Below are positions 33,528-42,415 of a stretch of DNA of 64,000 nt, piece after piece. The stretch comes from an uncultured Eubacteriales bacterium (GTDB lineage Bacteria; Bacillota; Clostridia; Oscillospirales; CAG-272). Both the position numbers and the translations under genes were made by a program. The first letter of the stretch is position 1, and every line of letters starts with the position of its first letter. The stretch lies in NCBI GenBank assembly GCA_934474225.1, contig CAKSLU010000003.1:24691-88690 (forward strand), given 5' to 3'. The notes under the pieces were generated by a model, which worked only from the letters and a program-made list of their open reading frames with translations, was not told the DNA's origin and did not search any database.

Positions 33528-36500
33528 TTACTTTTGTCTGTATTCCGGCGCGGCAATGCGCGTGAAGATGACGCACGCCTCCGCGCGGGAAATGCTGTCG
33601 CCGGGGCGGTATTTGCCGCTGCCCGCGTCGCCGCCGACGATGCCGGCATTGTACAGCTTCATGACCGCTGCATAGCAGCCGAGGTCGCTTGCGACATCGG
33701 GAATCTGCCCGCTGCGGACTGCCGTATATTCTGTGTCGGGGAGAATGTTTGCAAAGACAACTGCCATGTCGCCGCGTGTGATGTTCCGGTTGAAGTCTGT
33801 GAACTGCGCCGCGGTGATGATGCCGTTTGCCACGCAGTAGTCCACATAGGGCTTGTACCAGGTGCCGCCGACGGAAGTGTCAATGCTGTTTCCGTAGTAC
33901 GCCTTGTGGATGTTTGCCGCCGCGGTCAGCGCCTGCGCCACGGTGAACTTGCCGTCCGGCGAGAAGGTCGTCGCGCTCGTGCCGTTTGCCAGCGCATAGG
34001 CATAGGCGGTCTTCACATAGGGGGCAAACCACTTGTCCGCCGTGACATCCTTGAAGTTGTCCGCATAGGTGCGGGTGGCGGACAGCCCGGACTTGCTCTC
34101 CGTAAAGCCGGAGACGCGCGCCGAGATTGCCATCGGGTTTACCGTGTAGGTCATGACCGTGTCGATGGCGGGCGGTGCGCCGAGGTAGGGAACACCGTCG
34201 CGGTAGCCGAGCTTCTGGAGGAAGACAGAGCGGTTGTACCGGTTGTTTGCATGCAGCTTTGCATGGTAGACCGCGTAGATTTCCTTGCCGTCGGGCGTGG
34301 GCACGAAGACCGTTGCGCCGGGGGCGAAAATCTCGTTTTTGTCATCGCGGCGCTGCATCGGCTGCGGCTGCTTTTCCCAGGAGGCGGCTGCAAGCAGGTT
34401 TGTCTTGTCGGTCAGCTTGAGGAGGCCGGTGCAGTAATCGTCGCCGTCCGCATAGTTTGCGGCATAGGCGATGTAGAGCGTGCCGTCCTCGCCGTAGACC
34501 GGGTAGGGACCCTCAATGATGTCATAGCCCTCCCAGGATTTGTCCGGGGTGGCGATGGCGGTGACGCCTCCATCAAATGCGGTGGGGCTCTTCAACTTGC
34601 CGATGACCAGTGTCTGCTTGTGGCGCTTTGCCGTGTTGTCGGCAGCTGCCACGAAGACGCTGCTGATGTAGTAGCGCGTGCCGCCATACTCAAAGATACG
34701 CGGGCTGAGCCAGGACCAGACGGAGGCGTCCAGCCCTTCCGGTACGCCGATATAGGTGAATGCGCCGCTCGGTACGGTGTCGGTGGACTTCAGCACCACG
34801 GGCTTGCGCTGTGCGGCGGAAGAAGTCGAAGCCGAAACCGATGCGTAGAGATACCATGCGCCGTCAAAGCGGTAGAGCTGCGGCGCCCAGATGCTCTTGA
34901 CATCGGATGTTGCTGTCCAGACGACGGTTGCTGTCGTGTTCCCGAGGTCGGCAAGGTTTGCCGCGCGGGAAATCAGGATGCAGGGCGTCGTGCCGACCGA
35001 CGATGCACGCACATAGTAGTACCAGCCGTCGGCGTAGCAGACGCTCGGGTCTGCGCCGTAGCCGATGATGGGATTCCGGAATTCGACCGTGCCGCTCGGC
35101 GCTGCCGCGAGGTCAACCGTTGCATGCAGCTTGGCGCTGCTCTTGCCGGGGACAGCTGCGTTGCCGCAGATGTCGCCGACCGTGCGGAGGTCGCCGCCCG
35201 TAATGTTCAGCGTGTAGACGCCGTTAAACTCGTTCTTCTCGGTGTTCTGCGCCAGGCGGATGTCGCCGTGGAAGCTGCCGCCCGAGATGTTCAGCGTGAT
35301 GTTGCCGTTTACGGTATTGACATCCTTGTCCACATTGGCGGGGGTCGCCATGCCGTAGATGCTGCCGTAGAAGTTGCCGCCCGAGATGGTCATGGTGATG
35401 TTGCCGTCATGGCTGTTCTTGCCCGTGCCGCAGACATCGCCGTGGAAGTCGCCGCCCGAGATGGTGATGCGGCTTTCGCCGACCGTCTCGCGCAGCGTCT
35501 GGCTGCCGCCGCTTGCGCGGTCGTTGCCCGCGCGCAAAAACTCCCATGCGCCGCTCTTCACGGTGATGTCGGCGGGCGCTTTGCCGAGCGCACGGTCGCC
35601 GGACGGGGTCAGACGGTCGCCGGTGTAGATGCCGACGTAGGTGGTCACGCCGCCGTCCATGTTGCGGCTGCCGACGATGTCGTCGCCGAACACGACCTTG
35701 TTGCCGCCGCAGAAGATGGCGGCCGCAAGACTGCGGCTCTCGAAGCTGATATGCTCAAAGGTGGTCTCACTGCCGAGCGTGAGTATGCCGCCGAGCTTGA
35801 TTTCCGCGCCGTATTTGCGGAAGTCCTCGCCGCCGAATACGCTGGTGATGGTTACCTTTCCATCCGCCTCGGGCAGCGTCGTGTCGCCCATGCGCAGCGG
35901 TGCACAGATAACGACTGTGCCGCCGTCACGGCCGAGCGCGCGAACCGCATTTTCCAGTGAATCAAACGCCTTCTTCGACGAGCTGCCGTCGCCCGCTGTC
36001 TTGCCGCCGGCAAAGACAACGCCTGCCGTTGCCTTCACATCGGGCATCTGCGGCTTGGCGGGCAGTTCTGCGCTGTCTGTGCGGTCAAAGTCTGCGGCGA
36101 CGATCTTCTGCTCGTACTTGCTTTCCACATCGCAGGTCGCCGTGCCGCGCACGCGGGGCGCTGCAATGGAGGTGAGCGCCGTGAAGTTTGCGCCTGCGAT
36201 TTCAAGGGCGTAGTTGCCGCCGATGTAGGACGCCGTCTCGGACTGAACGGTGGAGACCGTCGCGCCGCGCAGTTCGCCGCCATTGATGACGATCTTGACA
36301 TCGCCGTCATAGTAGGCGGTGTATCTGCCGCTGTTTCCGCCCGGGCGGCCGATGCCGTAAATCGGGCAGTTGAAGATACCGCCGTTGATTTCGAGGTAGT
36401 AGTCACCGTCCTGCGAAGCAAAGCCGCCGACCGCAATCATCGCGTCCGCCTGGTTTGCCGCCTTGCCGGTGAACGAGCCGCCGTTGATGATGATACGCAC

Positions 36501-37130
36501 ATCGCCGGTTGCCCCCATTGCGCTCTCGTTGGAGGTGCGCTTGTTGGAGCCGTACACGCCGTACCAGAGACCGCTGTTTACGGTGATGGTGTAGTCATAG
36601 AAGCTGACATCCTCTGCGGTCATGCTGCTTGAATTGATATACATGCCGCCGAGAATCGTGATGTACTCGCCGCTGTCCTTCGTGCAGACCACGCCGTTCC
36701 CGACGGTCAGGTTGTGACCGCCGCAAATCAGCTGGTTGAAGTAGAAGCTGCTGGAGTCGTTGATTTTGATGTTCTCAAAGACGGTGTCGCCGCCGAGATA
36801 GGTGTAGCCGGAGAGGTTCAGCACCGCGCCGTTTTGCTTGGTGTAATCCACGCCGCCGTAGTTTGCCGTCAGCGTGACCGTGCCGCTTGACTGCGGCATG
36901 TGCAGGGCGTTTCCGGAGAGGGTGAGCGGGCCGCAGACCACGACCGTGCCGCCGCCCGAGACCATGTCGTATGCTGCCGCCAGGGTTTTGAAGGGCGCCG
37001 CATCGCTTGTGCCGCTTGCCGCATCGCTGCCCGCGTCCGAGACATAGACGACCGCGTCTGCGGCGCTTGCCGCAAAGGCGAGCGCACAGAAAAGACATGC
37101 CGAAAGGAGCCAAATAAATGCTTTTTTCAA
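33528..37130 (-). CDS. cell-surface protein: signal peptide - 2 beta-helix-like modules - GH43-like domain - 3 SLH repeats
   Basis: The TTG start at 37130 lies 7 nt after GGAGGA. Module starts are VVYVSDAGSDAASGT..PFKTLAAAYDMVSGGGTVVVCGP and GVVFAGGKTAGDGSS...DGGTVVICAP. GH43-like motifs are GADPSVCYADGWYYYV, IWAPQLYRFDGAWYLY and DIIEGPYPVY. An SLH triplet closes the C-terminus. Confidence 0.8.
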   Translation of the reverse strand: MKKAFIWLLSACLFCALAFAASAADAVVYVSDAGSDAASGTSDAAPFKTLAAAYDMVSGGGTVVVCGPLTLSGNALHMPQSSGTVTLTANYGGVDYTKQNGAVLNLSGYTYLGGDTVFENIKINDSSSFYFNQLICGGHNLTVGNGVVCTKDSGEYITILGGMYINSSSMTAEDVSFYDYTITVNSGLWYGVYGSNKRTSNESAMGATGDVRIIINGGSFTGKAANQADAMIAVGGFASQDGDYYLEINGGIFNCPIYGIGRPGGNSGRYTAYYDGDVKIVINGGELRGATVSTVQSETASYIGGNYALEIAGANFTALTSIAAPRVRGTATCDVESKYEQKIVAADFDRTDSAELPAKPQMPDVKATAGVVFAGGKTAGDGSSSKKAFDSLENAVRALGRDGGTVVICAPLRMGDTTLPEADGKVTITSVFGGEDFRKYGAEIKLGGILTLGSETTFEHISFESRSLAAAIFCGGNKVVFGDDIVGSRNMDGGVTTYVGIYTGDRLTPSGDRALGKAPADITVKSGAWEFLRAGNDRASGGSQTLRETVGESRITISGGDFHGDVCGTGKNSHDGNITMTISGGNFYGSIYGMATPANVDKDVNTVNGNITLNISGGSFHGDIRLAQNTEKNEFNGVYTLNITGGDLRTVGDICGNAAVPGKSSAKLHATVDLAAAPSGTVEFRNPIIGYGADPSVCYADGWYYYVRASSVGTTPCILISRAANLADLGNTTATVVWTATSDVKSIWAPQLYRFDGAWYLYASVSASTSSAAQRKPVVLKSTDTVPSGAFTYIGVPEGLDASVWSWLSPRIFEYGGTRYYISSVFVAAADNTAKRHKQTLVIGKLKSPTAFDGGVTAIATPDKSWEGYDIIEGPYPVYGEDGTLYIAYAANYADGDDYCTGLLKLTDKTNLLAAASWEKQPQPMQRRDDKNEIFAPGATVFVPTPDGKEIYAVYHAKLHANNRYNRSVFLQKLGYRDGVPYLGAPPAIDTVMTYTVNPMAISARVSGFTESKSGLSATRTYADNFKDVTADKWFAPYVKTAYAYALANGTSATTFSPDGKFTVAQALTAAANIHKAYYGNSIDTSVGGTWYKPYVDYCVANGIITAAQFTDFNRNITRGDMAVVFANILPDTEYTAVRSGQIPDVASDLGCYAAVMKLYNAGIVGGDAGSGKYRPGDSISRAEACVIFTRIAAPEYRQK

Positions 37131-37148
37131 GTTCGTATCCTCCGATTC

Positions 37149-39104
37149 TTATTTTTCAAGGACGGAAAAATCGCCGCCGAGTTCGGTTTGAATGCGATAG
37201 AGCGTTGTCAGGCGGAAGGCGGCGGGCCAGCCGACAAACATGTCGTTGAGATGTCCGCGCTCCTCGCGGTTTCTGCGGTAGCGCGTCCAGCGGGCGATGA
37301 AGAACGCCTCGCTTTGCAGTCCCTCGGGGCGGTCGTGCCCATGCAGGGTGATGCCGCCCTTCGGCGTGATGCAGAGCAACGCGTTGCACCAGAGTGCCCG
37401 CGCCCGCGTGAGCCAGCGCTTATCGCCGGTGGCTTTGGCAAGGCGCATGTATTCGGGAATGACAATCACGCCCCAGGGGTCAATGGCGGGATGCTGCGTG
37501 GAGACCGAGGTGCCGCCGTGCGTGTAGTAGCCGAGCCTTGTAAACTCGCTGTCGCCTGCGTAGATTGCATCGTAGTAGTACATCCAGGACTGGAAGTAGT
37601 ACGCCGCTTTCTCGGCAGTGACGAGATAGGCGTCCTCGCCCGTGATGTCGTAGAGGTCCAGCGCGCTCTTGATGAACGGGTAGGCGGTCTCCTTGTCGAT
37701 GCAGGCGCAGTCGATTGCACCCGCCGTGATGCAGAAGTCGTCCACATCCCGCGCCGTGTAGAGCGCCATGGCGCGCTTGGCGCAGCCGAGATACGCGGTA
37801 TTGCCGGTCACTTTGAAGAGCGAGAGCAGCCCCATTACCATGAAGCCGCCGATGGAGCCGCCGTCCGCCGCTTTTGTGCCGTCGGGGTTCCACTTCAGCC
37901 CGAATCCGGTCTTCCTGTCGTAGTGGGAGACGAAGAAACCGCCGAGTTTTACGGCAAAGTCGAGCAGCGCGGGACGCTCAATGCCGTGGGACTTCAGCAG
38001 GGCATAGGACTCCGCCATCTCGGATACCGCCCAACCGTAGTTGCAGACATCGCAGGCGATGTATTTTTTGTTCAGATGCCGCGCGTAGTTTGTCGGGAAC
38101 AGCCCGTTTGCAAACTGCGATGCCGCCCACGCCTCGAGGCTTCGGATCATGTCGTCGCGCAGCGCCGTGTCGCCTGTGCGGAAGGACTCAATCAGCTCCA
38201 TGCGCGCCTGCTTGATGGCTTGTCCGGACCAGCCCGCCTCATAGACTTCGTAAGGCATGTAGATGCCGCGGCTGTTCGGGTCGTTGCGCATCGCGTTGCG
38301 GAACATTTTCACGCCGCCGACCTCAGTCATGAGGATATTCGACTGCTTTATGCTGTTGTCCCAGGCGGCGCGGATGTCCATGGCCGGCTCGCGCGTGAAG
38401 GGAAAGATGTCCTCGATGCGGTCGAGCAGCGCTGCCGTGCCGTAGTTCTGCCACTTCGGCGTGCCGACGAACAGGTAAAATTCAACCGTAAAGGTCTCGT
38501 CCACGCCAAGTGTGATATAGGTGTCATAGCGCGCCGTCAGCACATCGTGGTCGGTGTAGGAGCGGGGCGCTTCGGTCACGGGATAGTAAATGCGGTGCGC
38601 GAGGCGACCGTCTGCGCCGCGCACCAGCGCGCAGGACGAGACGAGGCTGTCGGCATCCACATCCGATGCGAACAGCGCGCAGACGGCGTCCGCCGTCTCT
38701 GTCAGCGTGCAGGACGGGATGCTCTCACGGTCGTAGGCGAAAATCCAAGGCTTTCCGCCGTCGCAAAGCCCGTGCGGCTCCTTGCCCATCGAGCGGACAT
38801 TGCCCGAGAAGGAGACGCAGGGGATGAGATAGCGCTCGGTGGCAAAGAGGTCGCACGCCTCGACGATCCATTTGCCGGTGCGGGCGCCAACGCCCGTGTT
38901 TTTCACGCTGCGGCGCACGCGGAACAGCCCGTCGCCGAGCGCCTCCACCTTGTCTTCCGCCGCAAAGCCATCGGCGGTGTACTTGCCGTCCGCCGCGGCA
39001 AATGGAATCTCTTCGCCGTTCGATTCAAAGACGGGCGGCATGAGGCAGAGCAGGGCATCCGGCATCTGCGTATCCGCGCTTGTATGCTTTGAGAAGTAGG
39101 TCAT
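37149..39104 (-). CDS. hypothetical cytoplasmic protein, possible beta-sandwich + (alpha/alpha)6-barrel glycoside hydrolase/lyase-like
   Basis: The ATG overlaps the GH3 stop (ATGA at 39101-39104). This 651-aa ORF has codon usage like its neighbours. Repeated helix-pair-like segments rich in W/Y/G occur (GGFMVMGLLSLFKVTGNTAYL, YYFQSWMYYYD, DPWGVIVIPEYMRLAKATGDKRWL). I recognise no family. Confidence 0.35.
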   Translation of the reverse strand: MTYFSKHTSADTQMPDALLCLMPPVFESNGEEIPFAAADGKYTADGFAAEDKVEALGDGLFRVRRSVKNTGVGARTGKWIVEACDLFATERYLIPCVSFSGNVRSMGKEPHGLCDGGKPWIFAYDRESIPSCTLTETADAVCALFASDVDADSLVSSCALVRGADGRLAHRIYYPVTEAPRSYTDHDVLTARYDTYITLGVDETFTVEFYLFVGTPKWQNYGTAALLDRIEDIFPFTREPAMDIRAAWDNSIKQSNILMTEVGGVKMFRNAMRNDPNSRGIYMPYEVYEAGWSGQAIKQARMELIESFRTGDTALRDDMIRSLEAWAASQFANGLFPTNYARHLNKKYIACDVCNYGWAVSEMAESYALLKSHGIERPALLDFAVKLGGFFVSHYDRKTGFGLKWNPDGTKAADGGSIGGFMVMGLLSLFKVTGNTAYLGCAKRAMALYTARDVDDFCITAGAIDCACIDKETAYPFIKSALDLYDITGEDAYLVTAEKAAYYFQSWMYYYDAIYAGDSEFTRLGYYTHGGTSVSTQHPAIDPWGVIVIPEYMRLAKATGDKRWLTRARALWCNALLCITPKGGITLHGHDRPEGLQSEAFFIARWTRYRRNREERGHLNDMFVGWPAAFRLTTLYRIQTELGGDFSVLEK

Positions 39105-41326
39105 TGCTTATCGGCTCCCTCCAGCGCTGCATTGCAGGCGGCGATGGTCTCTTCAATCAGCGTCTCGCTGCAATCCGGATTGCTGTAGACCGCCTGTCTG
39201 AGCACATAATGCATGCGGCGTCGCACGGCGGGATTGTCCATCGTGTTGCCGAGCGCCTCATTCTCGGGCGTGCGCTCTGACCTCGGCAGCATCGCCGCCG
39301 CAAAGATGTCGCGCGCCGGTGCATAGCGGTCGTCGAGAATCACATCGCGGAAATAGGTGTTGCGGTGGACGCGCACGGTCTTCGGCGCGTCGCCGTGTAC
39401 GCGGACGACAATCTCGCCGCGGATGTCTGCGCTGCTTGCGCCGACGGAGAGCGTGTAGTCGCCGCCGCGCGTGTAGAAGTCGCCGCGCACCTCGTCATAG
39501 AAGCTGTATACGCGCCGCTCGACCGGGATGGTCACGCGCTTTTCTTCGCCCGGCGCAAGGGCGACCTTTGTATAGCTGCACAGTTCCTTCGGCGGGCGGG
39601 AAACATAGGGCGCGTTGTCATGCATATAGACCTGTACGACCTCGCTGCCCGCGCGGCTGCCGGTGTTCTTCACGGTCAGCGTGACGGCGTTTTCGTCGCC
39701 GACGAGGTCACTGTAGGCAAATGTGGTGTAGGACAGACCGTGCCCGAACGGGAAGCGCACGGGAATCTTCTTCTTTTCATAATAGCGATAGCCGATGTAG
39801 ATGCCCTCGGCGTAGTCGCAGTTGTCAAATGTGCCGGGGAAGTTGAAGTAGGACGGCGTGTCTTCAAGACGCATCGGGAAGGTCTCGGCAAGCTTGCCGG
39901 AGGGGTTGGTCTCGCCGAAAAGGATTTCGGCAGCCGCCTCGGCAGTCGCCTCGCCGCAGAGGTAGGTCAGCAGCACGGCGTCGGTGCGGTCGGCAAAGGG
40001 CAGCTCCACCGGCGCGCCGCAGGTCAGCACGACCACCGACTGCGCCGCAGCGGCAAGCACCGCGTCCGCAAGCTCAAGCTGCTCCTTCGGCAGCGCCATC
40101 GTCTTGCGGTCCGCCCCCTCAAACTCGGCGGACTCGGGCAGCCCGAAGAACAGGACGACCTTGCCGCACGCCTTTGCCGCTTCCACGGCGGCGTCGATGC
40201 CGTCCGCAAAGGGCACATAGGTGATGTTGTCGGTATACTTCTTCATCTCGGCAAGCGCGTTTGTCGCGGGGCTGCTTACCACAACCTTGCTCGAACCGCT
40301 GCCCTGATAGCGCAGGGCTTCCGCCTCGCCGATGACGGCAATGCGCTCGCCTTTTGCAAGCGGCAGCGCGCCTTTTTCGTTCTTCAGCAGAACCATGCAC
40401 TCGCGCGCGCAGGCAAGCGCGGCGGCATGCTGCGCCGCACGGTCAACCGGCACGGGGGCGGGGCGCTCCTTGGTGGCAAGTGCCAGCACGCGGCGCGCCG
40501 AACGGTCCAGCAGACTCTCGTCGATTTTGCCGTCCGCAAGTGCGGCGAGAATGTAGTCTCTGCCGCTGCCGTGGCTGGTCGGCATCTCGAGGTCAAGCCC
40601 GGCTTCCAGCGAGGCAACGCGGTCGTTGACCGCATCCCAGTCACTCATGACTACGCCCTCAAATCCCCACTTTTTCCGGAGCAGGTCGTCGAGCAGCCAG
40701 CGGCTCTCGGCGGCGTGCTTGCCGTTGATGCGGTTGTAGGATTCCATGACCGCCTCGGGCTTGGCAGCCTGAATGGCAATTTCAAAGGCGCGCAGATAGG
40801 TCTCGTGCAGCGGGCGCGCGGCGACATTTGCCGACACCGTGAAACGGCGGGTCTCCTGATTGTTGACGGCAAAATGCTTGATGCAGCTGCCAACGCCGTT
40901 TTGCTGCATGGCGCTGATGTACGCGGCGGCAAAGCTGCCTGCAAAGTACGGGTCCTCCGAGAAGTACTCGAAGTTTCTGCCGCAGAGCGGGGAACGCTTC
41001 ATGTTCACGCCGGGGCCGAGCACCACGGCGACGCTCTCTGCAATGGCATCCTTCGCAATCGTGTTTGCCGCATGCGCGGCAATCTCGCGGTTCCAGGAGG
41101 CGGCGAGCGCAGAGGCGGTCGGCATGCAGGTCGCGGCGTTCGTTGACCACTTGCCGTCTTTCATCACCATCTTGCGCAGCCCGTGCGGTCCGTCGGTCAT
41201 CATCGCGCCGGAAATGCCGAGGCGTTCGACGCCGTGCGTGTGCCAGGAACCCTCGCCGTCGCACAGGTTAGCCTTTTCCGGGGTCGTCATTTTGTCTAAT
41301 ATTGCTTCGGCTGGTAAATGTTTCAT
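39101..41326 (-). CDS. GH3 beta-glucosidase/beta-xylosidase-type glycoside hydrolase
   Basis: ATG at 41326 lies 8 nt after AAGGAG, so the ORF-track ATG at 41332 was trimmed. GH3 motifs are MTDGPHGLRK, the nucleophile region GVVMSDWDAV and the C-terminal Fn3-like part. Confidence 0.85.
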   Translation of the reverse strand: MKHLPAEAILDKMTTPEKANLCDGEGSWHTHGVERLGISGAMMTDGPHGLRKMVMKDGKWSTNAATCMPTASALAASWNREIAAHAANTIAKDAIAESVAVVLGPGVNMKRSPLCGRNFEYFSEDPYFAGSFAAAYISAMQQNGVGSCIKHFAVNNQETRRFTVSANVAARPLHETYLRAFEIAIQAAKPEAVMESYNRINGKHAAESRWLLDDLLRKKWGFEGVVMSDWDAVNDRVASLEAGLDLEMPTSHGSGRDYILAALADGKIDESLLDRSARRVLALATKERPAPVPVDRAAQHAAALACARECMVLLKNEKGALPLAKGERIAVIGEAEALRYQGSGSSKVVVSSPATNALAEMKKYTDNITYVPFADGIDAAVEAAKACGKVVLFFGLPESAEFEGADRKTMALPKEQLELADAVLAAAAQSVVVLTCGAPVELPFADRTDAVLLTYLCGEATAEAAAEILFGETNPSGKLAETFPMRLEDTPSYFNFPGTFDNCDYAEGIYIGYRYYEKKKIPVRFPFGHGLSYTTFAYSDLVGDENAVTLTVKNTGSRAGSEVVQVYMHDNAPYVSRPPKELCSYTKVALAPGEEKRVTIPVERRVYSFYDEVRGDFYTRGGDYTLSVGASSADIRGEIVVRVHGDAPKTVRVHRNTYFRDVILDDRYAPARDIFAAAMLPRSERTPENEALGNTMDNPAVRRRMHYVLRQAVYSNPDCSETLIEETIAACNAALEGADKQ

Positions 41327-41364
41327 TCTCATGCTCCTTATACCGATGGATATTGATTTTTCAC

Positions 41365-41397
41365 TTTACATTATAAAGAAAGCATGGTAAAATACAA
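41365..41397. promoter_or_regulatory. overlapping divergent promoters (AraC gene on +, GH3 operon on -)
   Basis: Plus strand: TTTACA (41365-41370), 17 nt, then TGgTAAAAT (TAAAAT at 41388-41393). Minus strand: TTGTAT (41392-41397), 16 nt, then TATAAT (41370-41375). Confidence 0.5.
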
Positions 41398-41475
41398 GAC
41401 AGAGGCAATAACTTTTTTGGACAAAAATCACAATCATGTTTGCTTTTGCTCATTCTGCACAAAAAAGGTGGTGGC

Positions 41476-42300
41476 ACTTTGGACATTTCGTATGAGAACC
41501 GTGTGGACACGCTGCACATATGGACGCGGCACAGCCTGCAATGGATTCCGCACTTCCATGACAGCATCGAGATGGTCTGCATGCTGTCCGGCAGCGCGGA
41601 CATCATGATAGGCGGGGAGAACTATACGCTCGCGGCGGGCGACTTTGCCATCGCCATGCCGAATGTGCTGCACGGTTACTATCGGGAGGAGGGGGTCGAC
41701 GCCTATCTTCTGATCGTGCCGCGGCGCTATTGCGACGCCTATGCGACGCTTCTGGAGACACATACGGTGCAGACGCCGGTCATCCGCGCCGCACAGCACG
41801 GCGGCAAACTTATCGAGCGCATCCGCGAATTGCTTCGCGTCTACAAATCGACCTCGCCGTTTCGACGGGAGATTCTCGACGGCTGCTTTACCGTGCTGTT
41901 CGGCGAGGTCTTTTCCTACACAGGCATGGCCGAGTGCCGCAAGGCACCCGAGGAGACCGAGCGGCGGCTGATTGCCTTTTGCCTTGAGCATTACGCGGAG
42001 GAAATCAGCCTGGACTTGCTTGCCGACCGGCTGCATGTCAGCCGCAGCTACATTTCCTACATATTTTCTAACAAGCTGCATGTCAGCCTGCCGGACTTCA
42101 TCGGTTCACTGCGCATTGCGGAGGCGAAACGGCAGATCGAGCGCGGCGCCGGCATCACGGAGGCGGCACTCAATGCCGGCTTTTCCTCCATCCGCACATT
42201 CAACCGCCGCTTTGCAAAGGAAAACGGGATGACACCGCGCGAATTTCGGCGAAAAATTGCTGATGCCGAAAAGGCGGCAGAATCCCCGAAACCCGCATGA
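41476..42300 (+). CDS. AraC family transcriptional regulator (cupin + HTH)
   Basis: The frame is open from 41440 (TTG). I prefer the TTG at 41476, which follows AGGTGGTGG, but the start is uncertain. The cupin region reads HFHDSIEMVCMLSG. The HTH reads LDLLADRLHVSRSYISYIFSNKL ... GFSSIRTFNRRFAKENGMTPREFR. Confidence 0.8.
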   Translation, partial: TLDISYENRVDTLHIWTRHSLQWIPHFHDSIEMVCMLSGSADIMIGGENYTLAAGDFAIAMPNVLHGYYREEGVDAYLLIVPRRYCDAYATLLETHTVQTPVIRAAQHGGKLIERIRELLRVYKSTSPFRREILDGCFTVLFGEVFSYTGMAECRKAPEETERRLIAFCLEHYAEEISLDLLADRLHVSRSYISYIFSNKLHVSLPDFIGSLRIAEAKRQIERGAGITEAALNAGFSSIRTFNRRFAKENGMTPREFRRKIADAEKAAESPKPA

Positions 42301-42415
42301 ATACAGGCGTGGCAAAGAATTTCCGGATTTCGTGAAAATCTTTGCGTTGCGGCGGTTTCGTCCTTATGCTAAAATGTAAATACAGCTAAAAAGATGCTGA
42401 GAGGAGAATCGAATT

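Noticed and set aside
33534-41146. Plus-strand ORFs 33534..35960 (808 aa), 36900..39092 (730 aa) and 39365..41146 (593 aa).
   Set aside because: They are antisense shadows of the minus-strand glycan operon, with no SD sequences or motifs and with low-complexity Arg/Ala/Gly content.
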